Assembly: GCF_009914755.1 (NCBI RefSeq) | Contig: NC_060941.1 | From: the human T2T-CHM13v2.0 reference genome, Homo sapiens | Reading direction: 5' to 3' (one strand) | Length of the DNA: 64,000 nucleotides | Shown: positions 22,711 through 37,899 of the stretch, piece by piece | Layout: each line of letters starts with the position of its first letter | Numbering within the stretch: position 1 is the stretch's first letter | The notes under the pieces: generated by a model | Told to the model about the DNA's origin: nothing | The model's database searches: none | The model's input: only the letters and a program-made list of their open reading frames with translations | Program-made: the position numbers and the translations under genes

Positions 22711-23250
22711 TTTTTTTGTTTTTTGTTTTGAACCTTTAATGAGAAAAATATATATATACTATTGAGCTCAAGAACACTGTTTGGTGTGTCATTGGGTCAA
22801 GGGTTAGGGATACAAGTGGCAGAATTCGGAAATGGTATACATCAACAAAAATACACACGGTCATAACAAGAAAAACTGGTGCCTGGCACAATCAACTCTC
22901 AGTTTCCTCTTCACTCAGCAGCATGTTGGGGATCCTGTGGCTGATTGAGAACATACATCCAGACTCTGGGCACTGCAAGGTGCCCCCCATCACTTCCACC
23001 TCCAGCAGCAGGAGGTGCATGGTCCTCAGAAACTCTTCGTTCTCCTCATATCCCTCAACCGGCCCTTTAGCACCTGGGTCAGGTGCAAGTTATCAGCCAC
23101 CTCCAGGAACACCGCCCACTCCACCTTGGGTATCATAGGTGCCACGAAGTGGGGGTTGAACTCCACAGGGCAGATGCAGACCTCGGTGGCCTGGAGGCAC
23201 AGGGGGAAGCCACGGGTCCCACCCCCAACACATGCAAGCTCAGTAGATTC
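22711..23250 (-). pseudogene. TRMT112P: TRMT112 processed pseudogene (5'-truncated, two frameshifts)
   Basis: Minus strand reads NLLSLHVLGVG/RGFPLCLQATEVCICPVEFNPHFVAPMIPKVEWAVFLE.../KGPVEGYEENEEFLRTMHLLLLEVEVMGGTLQCPESGCMFSISHRIPNMLLSEEETES* (stop at 22892-22894), matching TRMT112. Intronless, ATTAAA at 22735-22740, A-tail 22711-22729, TSD TTAAGGTGTGTTC / TTAATGTATGTTC. Confidence 0.95.
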
Positions 23251-23454
23251 TTAATGTATGTTCTTTCAGACCATTTTCTATGTGTCTGTAAGCACAGATA
23301 CACATGTATGTGCACACACATGCTACCCCATAGCAGTTTTTTAAACTTAAAAAAAACATAAATGATATCATACTCTATTGGTCCACTTGTTTTTGCATTT
23401 AACTATATCTTCAAGATCTTTCCATGTCAGAACATATAAATCTACCTTATTCTG

Positions 23455-24081
<627 letters not shown>

Positions 24082-24882
24082 ATTCTTTTTAAGGCCTACA
24101 TAACATTCCATGGTATAAACATTCTACAATTTATCAAACCATTTCCTATTGAAGCATATTCCTATATATCTAACTTTTCTTGATGATCAAGAATGTTGAA
24201 ATAAGGACTCTTATACATATATAATATATTCGTGTATATGTTAGAGTATTTTGGGGGATAGGTTCCAAGAAGTAAAATTATTTAAATTTTTGATACATCT
24301 GGAGTTTATTTTTCAAACTTTATATTTTGAAATAATTTCAAACTTACAGAAAAGTTGCAAGAATGGCACAATGAACTCCCATAAAGTCTTCACTTGATCC
24401 CCCAATTGTTATTTCATCACATTTGCTTCATCTCTTCTCTCTCCTCCACCCTACCTGTACACTATATACGTATTAGATATTTTTTTGGATGCATTTGAGA
24501 GCAATTGAGGACATGAAGCCCTTAACTCATATTTCCTAAATACAAGGGCATTATCTTACCTAAACTCAGCACAAGCATCAAAACCAGGAAGTAGACATAC
24601 AAAACACGCTGATTTCTCCAACCCAGCATCATAAGGTTCATTTTAGGCTTCTCCCTTCTCCAACACAGAGAAACCCATTCGCACCATCCTCAATATATTT
24701 CCTAATTTTCTCAATACCCTTGTAAATAACAAATGTCCCTGCCATGCTGTCTGCCTCCTGTGTGCCTCCAGCTATGCATTCCCAGCCACATTGGCCTCAC
24801 CCTGCTCGCTGCTTCAGAACTTGGTCCATACCAGTCACCGGGAAGAAGGAGTTTATTTTTGAATGGTGTGACGTAAAAGATA

Positions 24883-24893
24883 CATATATATAC

Positions 24894-24926
<33 letters not shown>

Positions 24927-25117
24927 TTTTTTTTGAGACAGGGTCTTGTTCTGTCACCCAGGCTGGAGTGATCTCAGCTCACTGCAACCTCTGCCTCCTG
25001 GACTCAAGTGATCCTCCTACCTCAGCCTCCTGGGTAGCTGGGACTAAAGGTGTGTGCCCCCATGACCGGCTAATTTTTGTATCTTTTTTGTAGAGATGGA
25101 GTTTTGTCATGTTGCCA
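24883..25117 (-). mobile_element. (TA)n plus partial AluJ
   Basis: TA microsatellite abutting poly-T and an Alu right arm. Confidence 0.85.
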
Positions 25118-25396
25118 GATATATCTTATTTTCTTAAATGCATAATCAGTTGTCCCGACACCCATTCTCAATCGTTTGAAATGTTTCCACACGTGCTTGT
25201 GCCAGTAGCTGATGATCTATTCTCTTTCATTTATCTATTTTTCTGTTTGTGAGCCAATACCATACTCGAATTACTGTTGTTGTATAATATGGTTTGTTTA
25301 TTTACTTATTTATTTTTAGCCAGTGGCAGTCGCCTATATAAAATGTTTTGATACCTGGTAGGATGAGGTTCCTCATTGTACTTAAAAAAACGTCCC

Positions 25397-25703
<307 letters not shown>

Positions 25704-26176
25704 TTAAGTATGTATTCTTCCAGATGAATTTTAAAATTAACATGTCAATTTCATTAAAAATCCTATTGTAATTTTGATTGGAATTACACTGAGTTTATCA
25801 AATATTTGGGTAAAAATGGCATCTTTCCAATATTGAGTCTTCCTATCAGGGATCATGGTACACCTTTTCATATACTCAGGTTTTTAAAATGTCTTCCAGT
25901 GAATATTTGGCTTTGTGTTGGCATCACACATACATTTTGTTCCTAGGTTTCAGACATTTTTTTGGTGTCTATTATTAACGGGATCTTTTTGTCCCATCTT
26001 CTTTCCATATCTTTCCATATATTTCTATATATTTCTTTCTATATATTTTGTACATAGTTGAGATTATGCTGCACACATCTTGTCTTTTAAATTTATTCCA
26101 TAAAAACTTTCTGACTAATATAGTTCTTATGGTTGCATAATCGTCCATCAAATATTTACATAAGATAATTTACTGA

Positions 26177-27199
<1,023 letters not shown>

Positions 27200-27392
27200 T
27201 GTAAGTGATATTTCTTATACACAATACAGACATTCCCTGAAAGATCTTGGATAACACAAAACTATGATAAGTTGAAAACATCTTCATACATAATTGTTTA
27301 AATTTTTAATGTTTTGCTCCTATTCAATTTACTTATTCACAGACTGGTCCTACATCCTTCCTATCACTTAGCTTCTTTGGGGACGTGATTAG

Positions 27393-27935
27393 TGTGATGG
27401 CTAATATTGAATGTCAACTTAATTGGATTGAAGGATGCCAAGTATTTTTCCCAGGTGTGTCTGTGAGGGTGTTGCCAAAGGAGATTAACATTTGAGGCAG
27501 TGGACTGGGAGAGGCAGACTCACACTCAATCTAGGTGGGCACCATCTAATCAGCTGCCAGCATGGCTAGAATAAAGCAGGCAGAAGAAATTGGAAAGAGC
27601 AGACTTGCTGAGTCTTCTGGTCTTCATCTTTCTCCCGTGCTGGATGCTTCCTGCCCTTGAACATCAGATTCCAAGTTCTTCAGTTTTTGGAGTCTTGGGC
27701 TTACACCAGTGATTTGCCAGGGGCTTTTGGACCTCCCGCCACAGACTGAAGGCTGCACTGTCGGCTTCCCTCCTTTAGAGGTTTTGGGACTCAGACTGGC
27801 TTCCTTGCTCCTCTGCTTGCAGATGGCCTATTGTGGGATTTCATTTTGTGATCCTGTGAGTCAATTCCCCTAATAAACTCCCCTTCATATATACATCTAT
27901 CCTATTAGTCCCTTTAGAGAACCCTGACGAATACA
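27393..27935 (+). mobile_element. Solo MLT2A LTR (HERV-L; length suggests MLT2A2)
   Basis: TGTGATGGCTAATATTGAATGTCAAC...GAACCCTGACGAATACA with a perfect 5-bp TSD ATTAG on both sides; AATAAA near 27872. Confidence 0.9.
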
Positions 27936-28413
27936 ATTAGAAGGTAATAAAATGGGAAATACACAAATAGCAGTGTCATAACACAAGCCGATGCAGTGAG
28001 AATCTGCGTGGGAACAGAAGCTCTGCAAGATTGCCCATGGAGGGCCATTATCTCCTTATATCTGCAACTTCTGGCCTTATGTACCTACTTTGTGGTGTTC
28101 ATTTGTACACTTGACTTCTTTGCATTTCTTAATGTGATATGAAACCTCCCACATCTTAAAATTTTATTATGTGCCTTATGGAACTATTTACATAAAGTTG
28201 AGTGTTGCCTAACTCAGGAAGTGTCTTTATATGAATGTAATTTAACCTTCTTGTTTACTCACAGTTAATACAGACATCAGTTTTAAAAGTTTCTTCCCCA
28301 AGGCTTATGGAGGTATGTAGGGCTGTTTTCCCCTACGCTGAAGGAACTAAATTACTGTGCTTTTTGATCATTAAGTTAATATTTATACTTTTTTTTCATC
28401 TACACCTTGCTTA

Positions 28414-29089
<676 letters not shown>

Positions 29090-29388
29090 TTATTGCTTTT
29101 ACTTTTCTATGGGTTTGAAAATCAGATTCCCAGCTTTTCTAAAATCAAATCCAAGTAAAAATTAATAGGCCCTGAGAAGGGGCTTTGATGAATGTCTAGG
29201 AGTAATGGGCATGATCTTCAGGGCATGAACATAGTGGTCTCCGTTTTTCCAGAGGCCTTTTTCCATCTCCTTTATTCCCTTGGTTCTTTGCTGTGCTCCT
29301 GATAGATCAGATTTTCAGATAGCCAAGTTCCAAGTCGGTAATGAAATGAAGTTTCATTACAATTACTAGGTTGGTAACAATATGTTAA

Positions 29389-30074
<686 letters not shown>

Positions 30075-30939
30075 TAATTAAAACCTCTCTACATTTCACA
30101 TCAACCAACTATAATTCTCTTATTTAAAAAAAATTGACATCTGTCTAAAGCCTCATTTGATTAAAAAGAAACTTAAGTGTATTCCATTATATGAAATAAA
30201 ACAATTTACACAACCCTTTGTATTCTTACCTTTACTTTTACTCATGCCTAATTGATATGGGCTGTGGTACTAAGCCATAATTGTGGGCTCATTCTCTGCA
30301 ATGGACAATCTTTTTCTTTTGCCGCTGACTGCCCCCCACCCCACTCCACTCTGTAGCTAAATCAAATGCAGAATGAGAGGAGAGAGAGAGACAGAACGAC
30401 AGAGTCTGATAGAAAAAAAAAAATAGAGGTCAGAAGTGAGAGACAGAACATGTTCTAATGGCAGCTGAGTCTACAGATCCACCATACTCTTATCCTTGGC
30501 TTCCGGGAGATATCCCAGTCTTTTATTGAATTTGGAATTCCCTATAGGTGGAATATAGTAATATTTATTAACTACCTTATAACTACTTATGTGCTCTGAG
30601 TGAGGGCATATATCAGGTTCATGAAAACCCACACAGCTATTGGAGAATTAACTCAAAGTTCAGGTCTTATATGTGGTGGCTCAGTGGCATAATCTTTGTA
30701 TGTGGGCATTTTTTTTTACATGTTGCTCTTGAAAAATAAATGTGTTAACTATAAGCCCAAAGAGGTGATCATCAATGTTTCAACTTTAGATCAACTAAAA
30801 CTTTCTTGTATTATACAATGTCATCCCTCAGTCACTTTTTATACATTGAATTGTGACATTTATGCATCTGCCGATCTGCTGATGACTGGATATTTTAAGC
30901 TCTTCTTACACAGTGGCACAGCCTACCAGTCAAGAGTCT

Positions 30940-31868
30940 ATTTTCTTTTCTTTTTCTTTATTTTCTTCTTCTTTTTTTTTTTTTTCTCACTCTGTTGCCC
31001 AGGCTGGAGTGCAGTGACATGATCATGGCTCACTGCAGCCTCGACCTCCTGGCTTAAGTGATCCTCCTGCATCAGCCTCCTGAGTAGCTGGGACTACGGG
31101 CCTGTGTTACCACGCCTGGCTATTATTTATTTTTTGTAGAGATAGGGTCTCACTATGTTGCCTGGGCTGGTCTCTACCTCTTAGGCTCAAGTGATACTCT
31201 CACCTCTGCTTTCTAAAGTGCTAGGATTACAGGCATGAGCCATCGTGCCCAGCAGGGCCTATTTTTGGTAGCATCACTATTTTTGGTATATGTTTACGTA
31301 ATCATTTGAATACTTTATTACATTTTCTCCACTATTACAAATATGAGTCAAAAATGGAAAAATAAAAATGCTGATGCTAGTAATAAGCAGCATAAGTTTT
31401 TGAAACAATACAATTGAGCAAAGGAGGAGTCATTGGATATATACAAAGCCGTGAAACTTTAGCTTACCCTGTCAGGTAGATATTAATTAGGACAAAATTA
31501 GAACATATAATACATGCTGGAAATACATTATCAAAGATTGTATCTTAAAGGTGAATTAGGCAGGGCGTGGTGGCTCACACCTGTAATCCCAGCACTTCAG
31601 GAGGCTGAGGCAGGTTGATCACCTGAGATCAGGGGATCGAGACCAGCCTGACTCACATGGTGAAACCCCATCTCTACTAAAAAAAATACAACATTAGCTG
31701 GGCATGGTGGTGCACACTGTAATCCCAGCTACTCAGGAGGCTGAGGCAGGAGAATCACTTGAACCTGGGAGGCAGAGGTTGCAGTGAGCCGAGATTGTGC
31801 CACTGTAATCCCGCCTGGACAACAAGAGTTAAACTCTGTCTCAAAAAAAAAAAAAAAAAAAAAAAAAA
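30940..31868. mobile_element. AluJ(-) 30940-31252 and AluS(+) 31559-31868
   Basis: Alu consensus; second element has TSD AAAGGTGAATT. Confidence 0.9.
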
Positions 31869-32091
31869 GGTGAATTGCAAGTAGGAATTGAATACTATTT
31901 TTCAGCTCCCTAGAAAAAATCTCTGCTCCTATAATATTCAATGCATTTAATTTTTGCGTAATCAATGTTTGTACATGTTACCAGGAATATATTAAGTAAG
32001 AAACCGGGTAAGAATGGGTAAAAAACTAACTAGGGGTCCACGTGTACGGAATTCCAGACTCATTAAAGGACTGGAATATCCCTCGGAACCT

Positions 32092-33760
32092 ATAATGTAT
32101 TTGAGAAACAAGATGCTCAAAACATTTAAATATATAATATGTAATACAGTATACTATAGAATTAAGTGTCAACATGAGTAAAACAGTAAGTTCTGTAATA
32201 AATCACAGAAGGAGGGATACAAGTTTGACTGGGATGGTATGGAACTTCTTCTTGAGTTCTTCGCTTTCTTGAGGAAAGCAAAGCAGTAAAAAGAAATGGA
32301 TGGAGTAGAGAAGGAAGGGACCAATCTCTTAGGTCAAAGAATGGACCTCTTTTGAAGATGAGTTGTTTTCTTAATAAAGACAAACATTGATGTGAACTAC
32401 AAATAGACACATTTCACGTTTAAAGAACAGATCGTTGAGCAACAAGTGTGGCTGAATAGGAGAGCATTTATTAACAAGGAGAAAAGACATCAGTTGGTAA
32501 AAGGTTAAAAAGATGGGCCTGGACCAGACTGCACAGGGTGTTTCTTACTGCCCAGGAAAGGAAACATCGTGGAGTCTTTCAGCAGGAGAATGACAGAAAG
32601 GCAGAGTTTAAAACACTCATCTAATAAGGTGGATTTGAGCAGGGAGGGACAACTGGTAAGAATCTGGTTAAGAAGATGTTACTATTTAGTGAGCTAAAGA
32701 AGATGACAGCTGATAGTCAAGGATTGTGCCTGTGGAAACAGAAAAGAATAGTTCTAAAACCACTGCATGGGAAAAATTAACATAATCTACTGAATAACTA
32801 AATGCAGGGAGCAAAGAACAGAGAAGTATCAAAACACAACAAGGTAACAAGTCTAGCAGTCTAGAAGACTGGAGTATCAGTGACAGAGCAGGGGAGTCAG
32901 AAGGGCTGCTTTGGGAGAGAAGAATGAGAGATGGTTTTGGCATATTTTGTATTTGTAGTAGCTCTTTGCTACTTTTGAGTTACAAATCCCTTCCTTTGAG
33001 AATCTAATGGAACCAATGGATTCCCTCTTCAGAAAAAATAAATGCATTCATACTTAAACACATGTTGCACAATTTATAATGTACACCCCTGGAATTGGCT
33101 GCAAGAGAGCTCTTGATCCAAGCTGGGCCAATCAGAGCCCTTCCTGGAATTTTTGTACTCTATATCCAGAGAATCAAGTCAGTCTCTCCTTACTAGCTAA
33201 ATCTGTGAATGCTGTTAGCTGATGTATTTTACAACACATGAGCCTGAGAAACAGAGAAAATGCTCAAATGTAGAATGAGAAGAGAGAGAGAGCCTAATAC
33301 AAAAGGTCAGAAATGAGAGAGAGAACGTGTCCTAATGGCAGCTGAGTTCATGTCTTTATTAAGAAAGCAACTCATCTTTAAAAGAGATCCATTCTTTGAC
33401 TTAAGAGGTTGTCGTATTCATTCCCTCCTCTGGACTTTCGTTGAGCTCTCAGGGCCCTTCCTTCCTTCTTTCCAACCATTTCTTTTTTCTATTCTGCTTT
33501 TCTCAAGAAGCAGTTCTATACCATCCCAGTCAAACTTGTATCCCTCCTTCTTGTAATTAATTACAGAACTTGCTGTTTTATTCATGTTCAGACTTAATTC
33601 TATAATATGCTATATTATATATTTAAATGTTTTAAGCATTCTGTTTCTCAAATAGATTATGACAGTTAAGTAGGCAAGACTTTCCTCAAATCAATTCTAT
33701 ATGCCCTATGGCACTTATCACAGCTATATACGAACAGTAGGTGCAAATACTTGTCAAACA
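32092..33760. mobile_element. Rearranged L2: antisense 32092-32950, sense 33348-33760
   Basis: Purine-rich antisense L2 phrases (AGCAGGAGAATGACA, GAGATGGTTTTGGCATATT) on the left; sense 3'-end-like CAGTAGGTGCAAATACTTGTC on the right. Confidence 0.5.
33090..33347 (+). mobile_element. Old ERVL LTR fragment (LTR16/LTR33-like), cut at a rearrangement junction
   Basis: TGATCCAAGCTGGGCCAATCAGAGCCCTTCCTGGAATTTT is typical of LTR16/33-class elements; the fragment ends abruptly at 33347. Confidence 0.5.
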
Positions 33761-34081
33761 TTTATAAATGTCAATGTAAAAATATATGAGCATTTGTTTA
33801 TTCACATTTTACATGCATTTTTCATTTTACAAAAAAGGGATTTACTAGAAACTTCTTTTAAGTAGTAGCTCCTCTATGTGGAAATGTTTTTAAGTGTTCA
33901 TCTAGAAATATTAAATATTCATCAAAAGGCTGAGGTAGAGTTGGTGGGGAAAATGTTGAAGCTATTGGGTAAGTCATTAATTACAGATCAACAAGAAATG
34001 AGATTATGAAAAACAATCAATGACAAAAATCTCATTTACATCAACCTTTCAGAAATGCTTCCATTGTGTGACATGGCTCAC

Positions 34082-34992
<911 letters not shown>

Positions 34993-35850
34993 GACTTAGA
35001 GGTAGCCAGGGAAGACACCATATGCAGAGGTGGGTGATAGTGCAGAGTTGAAAGGGCAAGAAAGGGCATTTTGAATGATACAGATGATGCTAAAATGTTG
35101 GGAGGTATAGGGCAAGGATGGGCTACATTATGAACAATTATTTGCAGGTTCTTATTACACGGCATACGTTACATTTCCAAATTTAAGTTATAGACTAACA
35201 TCTTTACTAGAATGGATTTTTAGTAGGTAATAAAATTAGTATTCTCAGGATTTCAGGTAATAGTGACAGAAAAGGGAATCAGGGAGAGGAGTTGAGAACA
35301 GAGGTGGCTTCTTGCTGCAATGTTGCTCTCTGTCCCTACTATACCCCACCCACAACTCTGTCAGGGACATATTGTTTCCTCCTCAAAGTTAGAGTGTGGC
35401 AACAAATTATAAGACTGGACAGTAGAACGACCTGGAAGAGAATTGGCAGAATAGAAGGATGGTGGATGATCAAAAGAGCGAAGCAGTGAGTTCATTCCTG
35501 GACACTGCCCACATGAAAATGGGATTTGGGAAAGGTTGGCTAAAAGAAGTGGTGACTGATCTTTGGAAGTATGGTGAGGACAGTGAGTCAGAGTTACTCA
35601 CTTTATCAGCGCAGGGGACCATGTGGGTTACAGCTATCAGATCTTACTGTGGGTAAATCCAATAAAGAGCTCTGTTGCTAAAATTGAACAATTACAGTGT
35701 TTTTCTAATTTCCAGGAAAAATGGGTTTAAAGGTTTTCATTTTGTGAATTATTATTAATTTTTTGGTACTTCCTACCTTGTAAAAAAGTTGCAAATAAAT
35801 TTAAAGAGAAAAACACAGACATATTATTTCTTAAAAACACATTATTTTTT

Positions 35851-36165
35851 GGCTGGACACAGTGGTTCACGCCTGTAATCCTGGCACTTTTGGAGGCCAA
35901 GTTGGGTGGATCACATGAGGTCAAGAGTTCGAGACCAGCCTGGTCAACATGGCAAAACCCCATCTGTACCTAAAATACAAAAATTAGCCAGGGGTGGTGG
36001 TGTGTGCTTGTAATCCCAGCTACTTGGGAAGGAGGCTGAGGCACAAAAATCGCTTGAACTCGGGAGGCGGAGGTTGCAGTGAGCCGAGATGGCACCACTG
36101 CACTCCAGCCTGGGTGACAGGTCGAGACTCTATCTCAAAAAAAAAGAACAACAACAACAACAAAA
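35851..36165 (+). mobile_element. AluS
   Basis: Full Alu with A/(AAC)n tail. Confidence 0.95.
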
Positions 36166-36499
36166 AGCCCCCATTTTTTTATTATGTGATTATGTGGAGA
36201 TTTGCATAACCATAAAATTGCCAGATTTAGTGCTTGTAAAATTGTGTCAATTCCATATGGCAGAGTTAAATCTATCTGTATTTCATGATGCTCCACGTTG
36301 AGCACCATAATTTCTAGAGACTGCCACCTGAACTAGTTTGAAAACCAACATTACACCCCTGACTGCCTTTTGTTATTTCTCAGAGAAGGAATGTTATTAG
36401 CCTCAGTGGAACTCGCAGGGAAAGGCTTAGATAGAAAGTAATCTTAAAAAAAAAAAAAAAAAAAGACCGAAGGAGAATTAAATAGGGTAAATTCAAGTG

Positions 36500-36730
36500 T
36501 AAGAAGGATAACATAATAGCTCCTGTTTCCTGAGTCCTTATTGTGTAACAGGATTTGTGCTAAGTATTTTCCAAAATTTTGTTTCATCTTTACATCCATC
36601 TGTGAGGTAAGTATTAATATCACCCACGTTAGACAGATGAAGAAAGGAAGGTCCGGAGACCTGTTCAAGGTCACACAGCAGGTAAGTGTTGGGTGACACT
36701 GAGATTCAAACTGAGGTTTTCCGACTGCAG
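36500..36730. mobile_element. MIR
   Basis: CTGTGAGGTAAGTATTAATATCACCC..ACAGATGAAGAAA..CAAGGTCACACAGC. Confidence 0.7.
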
Positions 36731-37899
36731 TGATGATGACATTGTAATGCTTCTTTGTGTGTATGTGATTTTAAAAAACTGACATGAAGTGCACAGATCT
36801 TTTTGCATATGTATACACCCGGGTAACCATTAAGATATTGAATATTTCCAGCAAACCAGAAGGCTCTCTCCTGTCCCCTCTCAATCAATTCCCCTGTAAG
36901 TAATCACTACCTTGCCTCTAATACCATAGGTAGATGGGTTTTCATTAGATTAATCTAACTTTCTGGAGTTAACACCAAAAGATTCCATATGTCAGCCCTT
37001 CACCTTGCCATGTTAGCTGTATTATTCAAAGCTGCTCTAGCTCTGACTTTGCAAGCATTCACTGTAAAGAAGAGCTGTTGGATGGACATGTTCATATCCA
37101 GTTTCTTGTATTGTTCTGAAATTAATACTAATTTTTGAAAATCGAAGAAACTCCTGGATGAAGTGCTACAGGATGGGGCAGATTAAAGTGCTGTTATCAA
37201 ACAAACCTCTCTACCTTGGAAGCGCCACAGACAGAGCTTCCTTGATTGATGTAATTTGGCGCATCTATTTCCAATCATGTCATCTGATTAAGAAGTTGGA
37301 TGACCACGAAAGGTCATCTCAGTTTATGGAAGGGAAGGCGAGCCGGGCAGAGTTGGTAACGGTGATTGCTTCGCATCATCTTGCAGCACGCGATGATGTT
37401 TATGTCCCAAATACCTCCCACAGCCGACTTGCTGTTTTATGATAGGAGGGAAACAGTAGAGGGGAAGAAGATCTAGGTGGAGGGTGAAATATGACCTAAC
37501 ATCGTTCGACGAGGTATTAATGTGGTGGCTTTCCCGCCCTTGTCGACCAGCTCTTAAAACCACGCTACTTCTTAGTCAACCTGGCAGTGACAGAAGCAGC
37601 GCCACGACTTTACCTCAGGTTTGCAAGCTGTGGTTGGTGAATTTTCAGCCATTATTCTAAATAACAGTCTCGGTCTCCCCACAAACCCCACTGTTGTTTT
37701 GTTTTTCTTTCTCATTCTGATTCTCCCCACAGCCAACCGTGGCCTTTTGAAGTCGTCTACAAACTACCACTGAGAATCCGGGAAAGAATAACTGACACTT
37801 GTAGGCTTCGAGGACTCTCAGAGTGATATGTGCCTGAGGTGACCGAAGTGGGGGAGATCTAGGAGAGCATTCCGGTCATCAAAGCAGGAGGACAGGCCC

